Source of the DNA: Blastocladiella emersonii ATCC 22665
Taxonomy: Eukaryota > Fungi > Blastocladiomycota
Direction of reading: 5' to 3'
NCBI GenBank assembly: GCA_025594325.1
Contig: JANHCV010000010.1
Location: 1,364,001-1,428,000 of the forward strand
DNA length: 64,000 bases
This document shows, piece after piece, positions 12,004 through 24,515 of the stretch. The position numbers and the translations under genes were made by a program. The stretch's first letter is position 1; each line of letters starts with the position of its first letter. The notes below the pieces were generated by a model that saw only the letters and a list, made by a program, of their open reading frames with translations, was not told the DNA's origin and searched no databases.

Positions 12004-12989
12004 TTAGTGCTTGGCCAGCGATGCCGTCGTAGTCGAGGCCGTGGTCGAGTCGTGCGTCGCGGCCGCCGCCGACGTGTCGGAGATGGTAGCCGATGGCGCC
12101 GCCGTCGCCGTCGTCGAGGCCGAGTTGGGGTACACGGGCTTGCCCGACACGCGCGACGGCGGCGCCGCGGGCGTGGCCAGCGCCGCGCCGTTGCCGTTGC
12201 CGTTGCCGTTGCCGCCGATGGTGATGACGGGCGCCGCGTCGAACAGCGCCTTGGCCCCGGCGAGCCCCTCGGGGAGCGTCGGGAACCCGGGCAGGTTGGC
12301 GACGACGAGCTGCTTGCCGCTGATGGCCGATCCGGAACTACTGGAGACCGTGATGTCGATGCAGTCCTGGTAGATCTCGCGGTTGCCCGACTTGTTGAAC
12401 CTGCACCGCGCACGCGAGGGAGAGGGTCAGGGTCGGCTCGTGGAGGTGGGGGAGGGGTAAGAGGGAGCGTACCATGTCCACGACAGCACGGCCTCGCCCG
12501 CGGGCGCCGTGGCCGGGATCGCGACCGGGTACGAGAGCGCGCCCGTCAGGCACGTGTCGAGGACCGTGTCGAGCACGACCCACTGTTTGACGTCGTCCGT
12601 GTACCCGAGCGCGAACTGGCAGTGTCCGCCCTACACATACCCGTCCGTCATCGACTGTGTCAGCCCCGCCCCGCGCCAGCGTCACCCCGCGCTAAACGTA
12701 CCCCGTGCGTCGCCCCGCCGGCAATCGTGATGGTGACCGATCCCCCGGCCGCGACCGTCTGCACCGACGGCCCCTTGGCGTGCCCGCACGCGAGCGGCCG
12801 GTCGGCCCCGTTGAGCGGCGACGTCAGCGAGTAGTCGACGGGCAGGCCCGCCGCGACCCACGCCGCGTTGTACTTGGCTGCGCGCGGCGGCGGGCTCGAC
12901 ACGGCCATGTGCGCGTGCACGAGGGACGGCGACGCGGCGAGGATGATGGCGAGGGTCGCGAGGAGGAGGAGCGTCGGCGAGGAGATCAT
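12004..12989 (-). CDS. Secreted AA11-like lytic polysaccharide monooxygenase with a Ser/Thr/Ala-rich tail
   Basis: Signal peptide followed by N-terminal His (HA|HMAV), SPL..C, ATHGGGHCQ, WTWFNKSGNREIYQDC; introns 12631-12701 and 12401-12472; TATAAAG at 13126-13132. Confidence 0.8.
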
Positions 12990-13538
12990 GGTGATGGTGG
13001 TGGTGAAAGACGCGAGTCGCGAGTGGATGGAGGTCTAGACGGTGGATGGGCAGCTGAGCGAGTCGCGCGGCCGTGTATCGAGGAGAAGGTGAAGCGCAGC
13101 AGCGAGCATGTGCGGGACGGCGACGCTTTATAGCGCGCCGACCAAGCGGGCACGGCGGCTTTCGACCCGCCGCGGCGACCACACGCGCAAGGCCGTGACG
13201 CTTGTTACCTGCCGTGAGCGGCGCGCGACCCGAAGAACGACCCGGCTGATGGACACCTGGCCTGCGCAGCTGCGTGCCAAGCTCACCGCACACCGGGTAT
13301 GGGAACGGGGACGCGGTGGGAGACTGTGCGCGCACACGAGGGCCGCGCTCACGCGGTCGCGCCGCACGCCGATCGCCTCGCGAACCACACGAGGCGGGCG
13401 CAGCGTGCGCGGGTGTGTTCCTGATGACGAGAGGGAGACAGTCACGGAGTAATGAAACCATGGTGTAGAGAGAGAGAAGCTAAATGGACGACAAAAACAA
13501 CAACCGGTACGGGCACACACGCCGAGCGCGCGCCGCGC

Positions 13539-13841
13539 TTACCACGACGACTTGCCGACGCCGGGCAGGAGGCCGTTGCGCGCCTGGTGCAGGAAGGCGT
13601 GGCGGGTGAGGCCGAAATCGCGGAGGACCCAGCGGGCGCGGCCCGTCTCGAGACACCGGTTGCGCACGGCGGTCTTGCGGGCCGAGATCGGGAACGAGTT
13701 GAGCGCGGTCTGCGCCTGGAACCGCACGGGGCCCGGCAGCTGCTCGTTGCGCGTCATGAACCGGAGCGCGTTGCGCAGCGGCTCGCACTGCGCCACCGTC
13801 GTCCGGTACAGCTTGTCCTTGAAGATGCGCGCCTGCGGCAT
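13539..13841 (-). CDS. MRP2: Mitochondrial ribosomal protein uS14m
   Basis: VRNRCLETGRARWVLRDFGLTRHAF..ARNGLLPGVGKSSW S14 signature. Confidence 0.9.
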   Translation of the reverse strand: MPQARIFKDKLYRTTVAQCEPLRNALRFMTRNEQLPGPVRFQAQTALNSFPISARKTAVRNRCLETGRARWVLRDFGLTRHAFLHQARNGLLPGVGKSSW

Positions 13842-14787
13842 GGTGGATGGGTGGGTTGTTGATGCGTTGCGGGTTGCGGGGAGTCGCGGCGGCAGAGGCG
13901 GCGCGATCGGTGCAGGGTGAGGGGCGGGAAGGGAGAGGGTGTTGACGGCGACCAAAGCGTCAGAGCGAGTTTGCGGCGAGCGATCAGCTGATGCTCGGGT
14001 CGCCGCGATTTCGTCGTCAAGTCCTCGCTCGACATTGCTCGTCGCTCTCGCACACGGAACCCATGTAACGCTTCGCAATGATGCGACTCGGCGCAACAGC
14101 CGCTATTGCTGATGTTATGACCGTCAGCGGCTCGTTGGGCCGGCTCACGCACAGGCGACCCGTGCCGCCTCGACAAGAGCGAGGAGCGCCCTTCACGTCG
14201 GTCGATCAACCCAGCTCTTCCGACTCAACGGCGACTGCCTGAAGGTAGCTAACACCCATCATGCAGTGCTTCTCCGCGGCCGGCTGCGAGCACGCTGAGG
14301 GGCCGGAGCGCGGAAGGGCGCGTGGCAGCCCAGTCTCTTGACGGAGGCTCGGGCTCGTTCAGAGGCCCTCAGGGGCTTCAGCCGTGCTTCGCGTCTCACA
14401 TGCGGGCACCTCCGGGGGGTACCTTGCTGTCCATACTAGGGGAGCTCCCCTGTCATGACACGCGAGTTGAGAAGGCTCGCCCGCCCACATGCCCTTGTCG
14501 CCCTCCACCGTCGCCACCGATGCACCGAGGCAGCCTCTGTCCATCAGTTCGCGTACTTTCGGCGTCACCTCGTCCAGCGAGGAGGAGTTTGACGATGACA
14601 ACGTCGAGAGCGACATTGAATGTGGCGCAGCCACTCGACGGGAGTGGCAGTTGACGGCCAGCCAATCAGCGTGGCGCAAACCACCCGCTTGAACGCCACA
14701 CCACCACCGCTGAGCGCTCGTCGCTGGCTGAGGCGAGAACCGCGAAAGTCGCCGTAGACTGCTCACTCTTTCTCAACGTGCTTCAAA

Positions 14788-16404
14788 ATGGTGTGGTTAA
14801 TCGCACACCCCATGTATCAAACGCACTGCGCACGCACCGCCCGCCCGCCCCGCGCTGGACCGCCCGCGCACCGCCGCGCGCCCGCATTGTCGACACACCC
14901 GCCGCGCACGTCCCCCCGTCGGCCGTGACGAACGCGCGACGTCGCCCTGCGCCTCGTACCAGGACCGCCGTACCACGACACCCCGCCGACGATCGACCTC
15001 TGACCCGGACCCCTTGCGCCCTGCGCGAGGAGCGCTGTCCGAGTGACCCCCTTGCCCGTCGTGCCGCCGCCCGAACCACCACCGTCGTCTCCCCACCACC
15101 ATTGAACCACACGATCCCGCATGCCGGCCGCCGCCTTCGTCGCCGCACCGCCTTTGTGCCGGACCTCCCTCGCGCTGTCCCGCCTGCACCCCCTCGTGCG
15201 CGGGGTGGTCACGCACGTCCATCCACTCCGATCGATGAACACGAATCCCTTGCTGGGGCCTAATAGCCTGCTCGGGACCAAATTCGTGAACGGACGCCGT
15301 GCACGTGGTTGCAAAGTCCCTGCGCGAATCCGGAACTTGGACCTCTGGGTGAGCCCCGCAACGGGCGCCACCTCGCGCACAAGCTTTCCTGCTGACTGTT
15401 GATCGGTCGCGGATTGCCATCGCCGCGTCGAACTGGCTGTTCGACCCGGCGGATCTTCGCTGCCCGGCCACGTCCTTGCTGACGTCGCCCGGCAGGATCG
15501 CCTGGCCGCGCGTCCCGACTGGACGCCGCTGCCACGGAAGTGGCCCCGCGTACGACTACGCGGGCGCCCCGATCACGGTTACCCGCAGCCTTGTTGCGCG
15601 GTACCCGTTCGAGCCGCGCGCTCGACCCGCGTCGCGCGCACGGGCGCTGACTCTACGTCAACGCCGATTCCCGAGACAACGTCTCGGCCGCCCGGTTTCG
15701 CCTCGGACCGCGGCGCCGCGTGCATCTTTTCCTGTGTGTTCATCTGCTGGTGGTGGCATCGTTCGACGGCGGGTGGCGGCTACCCCCCGCGACTGTGGCG
15801 ACGGTTCCTCACTCCCCACCATCGCATCCCCGGCATCACGTCTCGCGTCCCGGGCTGCTCTCGGCGCCCTGGATCTCTCGTCGTCCCAGGTCTACTCGCG
15901 CAACTCGATCACGTCCCCGTTCCTGCTCGTCTGGTGAATGCGGGCCCGCGTGCATGCACCCCCTCCTGGTGTGCGGGCATTCGGCCGAGGTCCTCGACGC
16001 GTCGGGCGGCGCTGTGCTGCGCAGCTGTGTTCCCCCTCGATACTGGTCGTCAGTCGTTGTATCAACGTTTCTGACGGCTCTCGCTCCTCGCCCCCCGCGA
16101 CTGCACGCGCGCGTTTCTCCTCTCGCCGTGTAGCCCAAGCAGGTTTCTGACATCAAGGACTTCCTCGAGCTGGCGCGCCGCAAGGACGCCAAGTGTTCGT
16201 TTCTGTCTTGCTCTCGAAGACCTTGAGGAGCACCTTACTGATCCGACTCGCCTTCCCTCGATAGCCGCCAAGATCAAGAAGACTGGCAACATCACCAAGT
16301 TCAAGCTCCGCTGCTCGACCTACCTGTACACGCTGACGGTCAAGGACCCCCTCAAGGCCAAGAAGGTCAAGGAGACGCTCCCCCCTGCCCTCAAGGCCGA
16401 GTAA
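14788..16404 (+). CDS. RPL38: 60S ribosomal protein eL38; ATG-only first exon and a 1343-nt first intron
   Basis: PKQVSDIKDFLELARRKDAK|SAKIKK..TKFKLRCSTYLYTL. Exon 2 begins at 16134 after TAG, and the only ATG directly followed by GT found upstream is CAAAATG|GTGTGG at 14788, preceded by a pyrimidine tract. Intron 2 is 16195-16264. Gene identity is firm; exon 1 placement is less so. Confidence 0.85.
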
Positions 16405-16907
16405 GGTTAGAGCTCTGGAAAGCAACCTGGTGTTTGCGGAATACAGTATTCAGTATCTCCCACCTCGTCTCGCGTGTCGTGCTCAGTTGCGATATCTGCT
16501 TAATTTATTGATCTCTCGCTCAACGTCTGCCTGTCTCCCTGAGTTGTGCCAGTCTTGGCGACAATCGACCGCGCCGAGTTCGACTCGGCCGCGTTCGCGT
16601 GGCTCGAAGTGAAGCGTCGAAGTTGCTCAAGCCTTTGGACTGATCCTCGGTATTGAGCGAGCTCAGACGCCTGCTCAGACGCCCCGCTGGGCGCTCTCGC
16701 GACTCAACAAGAAGAGCCACCTCGTTGAGAGCCCGCGGGACTCGAAGTGAGCCGTCAAAACCGCGCGGCCCTTGACCTGCAGCGGCGCCGACGCAGCACG
16801 CGACGATCTTGCGCGACTCCACAATCGACGGACATGGGGCGACGAGTAAGGCTACGCTGTATTCACGTCGACTGATTCACCACCCCGACTCCCGCGCGCG
16901 ACGCGAC

Positions 16908-17760
16908 CTACGCGTCGGCGACCTTGGCGGCACTGTTCCGGCGCTGCGGCCCGGCGTTGTTAGACTTGGTGGACGAGGTGCTGCCGCGGCGCGGGCCCGC
17001 GGCGGGCTTGGGCTTGGGGTCGGCGACAATCTCCTCGACGTCGTCGTCGTTGTCCGAGCCAGCAGCCTCGGCCTGCTTGCGTGCGGCGGCCTCCTGCATG
17101 GCGCGCATCAGGTTGGCCTCGCGCTGGCGTTCGGCGAGGATGCGCTGCTGCTACAGGCGCGCGAAGACGGGGCGGGTTAGCAGCGAGCAGGTAGATGTGC
17201 GAAGCGTGAAGAGCGCACTTCGGCCTCGATCCGCTGCGCCTCCTCCTGGATCGCCTGACTCGCCTCGCCAAACAACCCATTCCCCCAGCCGCGCTGGAGG
17301 TCCTCGGCCTCGCGCATGCACTCCTGGATCTCGAGGTTGATATCCTCCTCGGCCTTGGTGAACTCGGCCCACAGGTCGTCGCCGATGGCGCCGTTGCGCA
17401 GCAGGTGGGCGAGCGTGGCGCGGTCCTCGCGCAGCGACAGCACGCGGCGCACGTTGGCCTTGGCGCGGACCAGCAGCGCGGCCTTGAGCTTCTTGATCTC
17501 GGACGCGCCCAGCTCGTCGGGCATCGCGTCGTACAGCTTGAAGTACGCGGCGCGCGACGGGTGGCCGTCCTCGAACCACTCGGTCGGGCCCGTCGACGCG
17601 ACGACGTCTGGTTTGGGAAAAAGTGAGCGGGCGGGGACCGGTGCAGGGCAGCGGGGGCCGGAAGCGTACCGCGCGACTTGGAGGCCCGGTACCACCGGAC
17701 AAAGGCGTAGTAGACGACGCCGAGCGTCAGGATGTAGGCGGTGGCGAGGCCGAGCGTCAT
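16908..17760 (-). CDS. SEC66: Sec66/Sec71 translocon subunit
   Basis: N-terminal TM, WF..H..R..Y, LKAALLVRA..RV..LR, GAIGDDLW.EF..AE, GW..GLF; introns 17608-17669 and 17151-17218. Confidence 0.85.
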
Positions 17761-18610
17761 AGTTGCTGTTGTTGCAGTTGCGTGTAGTGTAGGAGAACCA
17801 GGCCGCCAGCGACAAGATCCGTAGGTTTGCGTTGCGTTGCGTTACGTGGTGTTGATACGTTTGCGTTGCAGCAGCTGGGGGTGCAGGACTCGAGGAGAGC
17901 GAGCACGCGAGTCGGGGCGGCGGCGGCGAGGCGGAAGGGCGCCACGTCAAAACCCGCCAACGTGACCGCGATCGCCCAGGTCAGGTGCCCGCGGCGCGAC
18001 GCGTCTGTCTCGCGGGGTTTCGCGCGCTCCCTCTCGCGGGCCGTGTCTCGCACGGACGTGTTCGCATGTCGTGGGTGCAGCGGGCTTGGCGACGGCGCGG
18101 AGCACGGTGAGGCGGTGTTGGTCGCGCGGCCGCCGAGGCTCGAGAGCGCGGATCGGAGACACGCCGGTGCGAAAGCCTTGCGCCCAGTCTTGCGCCTCGC
18201 GTGCAGCTGCCGGCAGCGGTGAGGATCCACCACTCTTCGTTGAGCCTGAGCGACCTCCCAGTGGACCGGCCGCGCACTCAACGCCGCCACTGAGGGGCAG
18301 CGCGACGGCCGCACGCTGGAGAACCCGCTCGACCCGCAGGCCCGCCGCGAATTCACGCTCTCGGGCACGCTTCAGGGAACGTTCGTGCGTGCCCGCGGCA
18401 AGTACGAGACAGGGGTGCGAGACGCCGCCGCCGACTTCTCAGCGCTGAAGCGCCACGCATCGCGTGCCGCACGCGTCCCTTTCAGCCTCGCCGCGTGAAA
18501 TCTGCTCGCCGCGCGCCCCTCTTTCTGCTCTCAATGCAACTGTTGCGCTCCCCTCACCGCGCCCACGACTGAATGCAATCGACTCTCTGAACCACCCCCC
18601 ACCACACACC

Positions 18611-20693
18611 ATGGGCATCCCGGTCCTCTCGCGCCTCGGCGCGTCCGAGCTCGTCTCGGTCGTCGTCGCCGTGACGATCCTGTGCCTCGAGCGCGTGCTG
18701 CGCGTTGTCGCCTACGTGATCCCGACCGCCGTCCTCGACTACGTCCGGTACCAAGCCCTCCCCGGCCTCCCGCGCCTCTTCTCGGGCTACCGCGACGAGA
18801 CCGAGCCCAACCCCGTCGGCAAGATGGCGCATATTCGTGAGATGGTGCAGCACCAGTACGCTTCCCTCTTTCGCTGAGCGTGATCTCGTCCATGCAACTC
18901 ATATTGCCTTGTGTAGCGGGTTCCCCTTCCAGGAGCACATTGTCGACTCGGACGGCTACCGTCTCGGCATCCACCGCATCCCCTTTGGCCCGCTGCGCAC
19001 GGGTCCCAAGGCCTCACCTTCGTCTGCCAGCCCGCGCCCCGACCGCGCCAACTCGGCCGACGGCACCAACGCCAACGCCCTCGCCATGATCCGCCGCGCC
19101 GCCTCGCCGCTCCCTGCCGCCGCCGAGGGCCGCCCCGTCGTTCTCCTCTGGCGTACGCCACTCTCTCTCCCCACACTCCGCTTGACGCGGCCAACAACTC
19201 ACACCCGCCCAAATGTAGACGGCTTCATGATGTGCTCGGACGTGTGGGTGTGCTCGCGCACCAACTCGCTCGCCTTCATGCTCGTCGAGGAGGGCTACGA
19301 CGTCTGGCTCGGCAACAACCGCGGCAACAAGTACAGCTTCAAGCACGCCACCATGTCGGCCAAGTCCGAGGAGTTTTGGAACTTTTCGCTCGACGAGTAC
19401 ACCCACGACCTCGCCAACACCGTCGACTACATTCTGCAGCAGACGGGACAGCGGTCACTCGTTTACGTCGGGTTCTCGCAGGGTGCGTACGCGTCGCTCC
19501 TTGCGTTTGACGTGTGGGACTGACCTCGATCCGCGCGGACAGGTACCGCCCAGCTCTTCGCCGCGCTCAGCTGCAACCCGCAGCTCAACGACAAGATCCG
19601 CATCGGGTGCTGCCTCGCGCCCACGGGCAAGCCGCACGACCTGCGCAACTCGTTCATCACCTCCCTCGTCAAGTCGGTCCGTGTCCCTTCCCTCCCACCC
19701 TCTCCGCCACCCCGACCCCGCACTAACCCATTGCGTGTCCAGACCCCGAGCGTCCTGTACCTCATCTTCGGCCGCAAATCCGCGATCCCATCAGTCCTGT
19801 TCTGGAAGAACGTCTTCTCGCCGTGGGTGTGGGTGCAGCTGCTCGACTTCTTCATGCACCTGCTGTTCAACTGGACGCTGTCGGAGATCGATTTCGACGA
19901 GAAGCTCGTCCTGTACCGGCACCTGTACTCGACCGCGTCCATCAAGTCGGTCGTGCACTGGTTCCAGATCATCCGCGGCGGGTTCGCCATGTTCGACGAC
20001 GACCCGTCGGCGCGCCCGTGGTCCACGCACGCCCTCACGCACGTCCCGGCACACTATCCGCTCAAGAATATCACCACGCCCATCGCGCTCTTCTACGGCG
20101 CAAAGGATACCCTGTCGGACCTGCCCTTCCTCCTCGCCTCGCTCCCAAGACCCGTGTTCGTCCTGAAGGTCGAGGACTACGAGCACCTCGACTGCCTCTG
20201 GGCCTCGTCCGCCCACGAAATCCTGTTCCCCGGCGTCCTCGGCGTCATCCGCCACTTTGCCGCCGTGCACCCCGACGGCAGCCCCGCGCCCACGCCCAAG
20301 TCGCACCCGACGATCTCGGACGAGATGGTCAACCGCGTCATCGGGTACGGGATCGTACAGACCCCCGCCTTCGCTGACGACGAGGGCGAGGATGAGTACG
20401 ACGAAGCCGCGATGCTCGCGGCGGTCCAGATGGCCGAGGGGATCCGGTCCACCCGCACGCGCAAGGCTGAGGGCGGCGGTAAGGGTGGTGTCCTCAAGCT
20501 CGCCGCGTCGCCCGCGGCCGCGGCCAAGGCCAAGGTCAAGAAGACCAAGAAGCTCGCCGCCGCCAACGGGACCACGAGCGCGACCCCCGACTCGCCCTCC
20601 GCCAAGAAGCGGCCCGCGCGCGGCCACGGGCAGTGCGTCGACGCGGACCGGCTGCTTCGCGACGGCGAGGACGCCGAGCTGGACGTGAACTGA
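18611..20693 (+). CDS. Alpha/beta-hydrolase acid lipase / steryl-ester hydrolase (Tgl1/Yeh-like)
   Basis: DGYRLGIHRI, GYDVWLGNNRGNKYS, FWNFSLDE, GFSQG nucleophile, YEHLD His; four short introns from about 18857 to 19742. Confidence 0.9.
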
Positions 20694-20732
20694 TTCCGCT
20701 GGAAACCTTTTTATACATATATATACACTCGG

Positions 20733-21950
20733 TCACCCCTTCGCCCCCGCCTTGGACTGCACCTCCACATCCGCGATCCGCCTGATCACAATCGCATCGG
20801 GCGGCGGCGGCGGGTGCGCGCGCTCGCCCTCCTCGTACGTGTACGATACCGCGGCCACGAGCACGTCGCCCGCGGGCGAGAAGGCGACGCTCGAGGTGGA
20901 CGTCGGTTGCCGCGCCAGCGCGCGCAGGCGCTTTTTCGCAGTGCCGTCCCAGATCCCCACCACGCCGTCGGCGCCCGCGGAGGCGAAGGTCATGGTGTGA
21001 CTAAACGCAGGCGCGGGTGGGAGGGGGGTTAGGGCGGGAAGGGGGTTTGGAGGGGAAAGGGGAGGGAGGGCGTACACGGGATGGAACGCCAGCGCGTTGA
21101 CCGGGTACACGTACTCGGTCCCGCCGCGCGTCTGCCGGTGGCACTTGAACGCGAACCGGCGCGATTGGGACGCGGGTGAAGGGTCGAAGAACTCGACGGC
21201 GATTCGGCCCTCGGTCGACGACATCGCGTAGCCTATAAATCGCTCCGCAGTCAGTCCTTCTTCCCACTCTCGCGGTACTCCGCATCCGTACCCTCCCCGT
21301 CGGGCGTACACACGAGATCGCGCGTCTGGTACCGCAACGAGGACTCGCGGTCCTGCACCGCGGCGCCGCCACCGAGCCGCCGCCGGTCGTACACGAGCAC
21401 GCGGCCCGTATGCGTCGCGGCGACGAGGAGAGGTGTGGGCGCGCCGCGCTTCGTCGCGTCGAGGGCAAAGACTTTGCCCGGAAGCACGTGCGTTTGTGCG
21501 GCGCGGTGGGATCGCGGGTCCCAGCAGCGAAGGGTCGAGTCCCAGCCGCCCGTGTAAACGAGGCCTGCGAACGAGTCAGCGCGAGTGCGGAGAGGGGTGG
21601 GGTGGCGGCGTACCGTCCTCCTCGGAATGAACGATACACCGCAACCCGGCCCCGTGCCTTCCAACCTCACTCACCCTCCCCGTCGGCACGTCGAGCACGC
21701 GGACCGCACCATCCACACCTGTCGCGTACACCTCCTTTCCTTCCGCGTCCCATACGGCGTTCGTCACGGGCGACCCGAGATCCGCCGTCGACAGGCACCG
21801 GTTGGCGGCGGGGTCGTACACCCGGACTGTCGCGTCCCACGACGCGGCGAGGAGGAGGGGCGGGGAGGTGCCCGTGGTTGAGGGGGAGAAGGCGACGCGC
21901 GAGATGGCGCCCGCGGGTGGGTTGGCGAGGTCGGTCAGCGTTGATGACAT
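20733..21950 (-). CDS. BUB3: Spindle checkpoint WD40 protein Bub3
   Basis: SWDATVRVYD, RESSLRYQTR, SSTEGRIAVEFFD, FAFKCHR, VYPVNALAFHP; introns 21565-21613, 21233-21291, 21001-21075. Confidence 0.9.
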
Positions 21951-22962
21951 GGTCGGTTAGTCGGTTGCAGCCAGTCAGCAAGACTTTTGAGCGAGATGCA
22001 TTGCGTTTGAGCGGGAGGGCGGGGAGAAGTGGTTGGCAGTGGGCGGCGCGTGGCGATGAAGGACGCGCGGCGGGGCAAGCCTCATCGCGTCACGTCGCGT
22101 CGTCGATCGACGGGCCGTCACCGGGCTCGCTGGGGCTCAGAACGCGGAAACGAGACATGTGTAGAAAGGAGGTGTATTGATCAAGAACAAGGTGGTTGCC
22201 GGGTACGAGACACAGTCGGGCCGGCATGCGGACACCTACAAGGAGGGGAGAGTGAGGGGCGGCGAGATTAGACGCGCGTCAAGGTCGTAGAGATGTACAC
22301 CAGACTCGATGGAAGCGGGACGCGCGGTTAGTTTTGCTCAGACGGAGAGCGTGGCGGCGCCATCGCAACCAGGTACGTGGAAAGGGCAAGGAGCAGGGCG
22401 GCAGCGACGCCGATGCCGATGTTGGGGGACCGGGGACCGAGAGGTACTGCAAGAGGTCTAGTACAGAATCTGCGCGACGAACGACGTGAGCACTCGAGCT
22501 CCGAACCGACGCTCCGATCGACTGTTACGTGTGATTCGTAGAACAGCAGACGGAGAGAAGGCTCGGTTCGAGGCCCACGGCCGAGTTGACGCGTCGCGCA
22601 GCGGTGACGAGGAGGGGGAACGCGTCCGAGTGGCGTCGCGTGACGCGATGGGAAACGCGTCGCGTGGGACGTGGCTTGACTTGAACCGTCTCGCGCTGAG
22701 CCACGCGGCACGACCATTCACCACACCGATGCCGAGGATCAGCGGGGTCGAGGTGGGCGCAGTCTCGAAGGCCGGAACAGGCTCGAGAAAGAGTAGTTTG
22801 GCAGGAGCGCTGTGCACAACAGGCACAACCGACAAGTGTTTCACCAAGACAGAGCTTCATGCGGAGGCGAAACGTATAGATTGCCACGATTGAAAGAGTG
22901 AAATGAACGGAAACAGGACTCCAAGTGGATAATAACATGTCATGGACGCGGCATTCTGCAGC

Positions 22963-24344
22963 TCACAGGTCGGGCGACTCGTCACGGCTGCAATCACTGT
23001 ACGTGGAACAGCGGTCGCTGTCGGAAGATTCGCTTCCACGGTCGCTGTCCTGCAGCTCGACGACGGGCAGACCCGTGCTCGCCCACCAGTCGAGGCGCGT
23101 TTGGACCTTGTCCGGGTCGTCGCCTGATGCCACGAAACCCCAATTCTGCGGGCGGACAAAGGTCCCCTTGGGCAAGGACTCCAAGTAGAGGGAAAGCGCG
23201 AACACGTTGTTGGCGGTGCTCGCGCGCTCGATTGCTCGTTCCCAGAACGTGGAGCCGCGACCATTGCAGACTATGTCGTCGGACTCGACCACATTCTCAG
23301 AGACGGTCCGGATAAACCAATCGAGAACTTTGACGTTGTTCGAACCAGCTGCGTAATCGAGAAAGTTGGACCAGAACTTGACCGACAGTTTTTCGTAGTC
23401 ATAGACGTAGTCATGAGGGGAGAGATTGTTGCCATCGCAACAAGCATAGCAACTGTCGGAGCAGTCGAATGAAACGCCGTCGAAAAGCACAGAGGGCGGA
23501 GACCCATCGTCGCTGACGTTTGGCAGGTTCGCGAACATGTAAAGCCAGTCGAGGACATAATTTGGTTGTTGATCGCGTCTTTGATGATCTGACCCCAGCC
23601 GGGGACCCGTTCCGCCTAGGTGTCGTCGAATCGCTCGTACGGGTCGTATCCAAGGATAGCCATGTTCTGCGCCTTGATCGCAATTCCAGGAATGCTGCAA
23701 TGGGTGCCCTGGGAGTCGTCAAAGTCGCCACCAAGTTCGCTGTAAAACCGGTCAACAATGGCGCGGTGGTCGTTCTTGATGGCACCTTCAATGCCGCGCT
23801 TTGTGAACTTGAGTTTGAGCTCCGAACTCGACCACCAATCGAGGACCTGGACGTGCCCATGAGTGCAGGCCTTGTCCGCTGCGTCGGACGTGTACTTGAT
23901 CAAACAATCGTTCTCGAGAAGCCATTCAAGCACGTCGACTTGACCAAACGCGGACGCGACATCCGCTGGGTACGGCCGCTTGATCTCGTTCCAGTCGAGC
24001 GCTTTGCAAGTGTCGAGCAGATCGACTCGGCCGGTCGCGCAAAGCAGTTGAACATAGAAAGCGGCGTCAGCAGGCTTTGACGAGAGCTGGCGGTGCTGAA
24101 TGAGCAGGTCGCGAAGCGCGCCGTACTCGGGTTCCAACGCGCGCAGGATACGCGGGTGAAGCGAGATACACAGTACGACGCGTCTCAGCTGGCGGAGACC
24201 GGGGAGGACGCGCAAGAGCGGAAGCGGATCGGCGCCGTAAGGGTTGAGCTTGACGACGTGGACAAGGACGGCTTCCACGATTTCATAAGGCAAGAGAGGT
24301 TGCCCCCGTATTTGCGGGGAGTCGTTGCATGGTATTTGCTTCAT
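22963..24344 (-). pseudogene. B1: F-box-like + ankyrin-like repeat gene, disrupted
   Basis: MKQIPCN..LLPYEIVEAVLVHV..DVASAFGQVDVLEWL; in-frame TAG at 23616-23618 where B2 has Trp, plus a -1 frameshift in an A-run near 23561. Confidence 0.75.
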
Positions 24345-24418
24345 GGTGGGCTTGGAGGGTAACTGCGGGAAGAGCGTGAAGCGCGAGCGACGAGCCGTGC
24401 GAAACGACTCCATCTCGG

Positions 24419-24442
24419 TCACATGATTTCTGAACGCGTCTC
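24419..24442 (-). promoter_or_regulatory. Bipartite motif upstream of B1
   Basis: TCACATGA-N7-ACGCGTCTC (plus-strand reading) 75 nt from the ATG. Confidence 0.55.
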
Positions 24443-24515
24443 GGCGCCGAGCCGCCTGCCTCGGGCCTCGGGTTCTCGTTCCAGGCACGCGCTCAATGCA
24501 TTAAAACTACGTATA

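Noticed and set aside
14100-14760. Several short ORFs between MRP2 and RPL38
   Set aside because: No domain signal; more simply the shared divergent promoter region (CCAAT at ~14661)
15312-15320. AAAGTCCC resembling the RNase MRP/P P4 5' strand
   Set aside because: No matching downstream CR-V (ACnnnAnGGGGCU) or GARAR loop found; kept only as a generic structured-RNA candidate
22328-22850. Short minus-strand frames ending in a TM-like segment
   Set aside because: No convincing start, splice model or homology; the region is rich in CGCG promoter-like repeats
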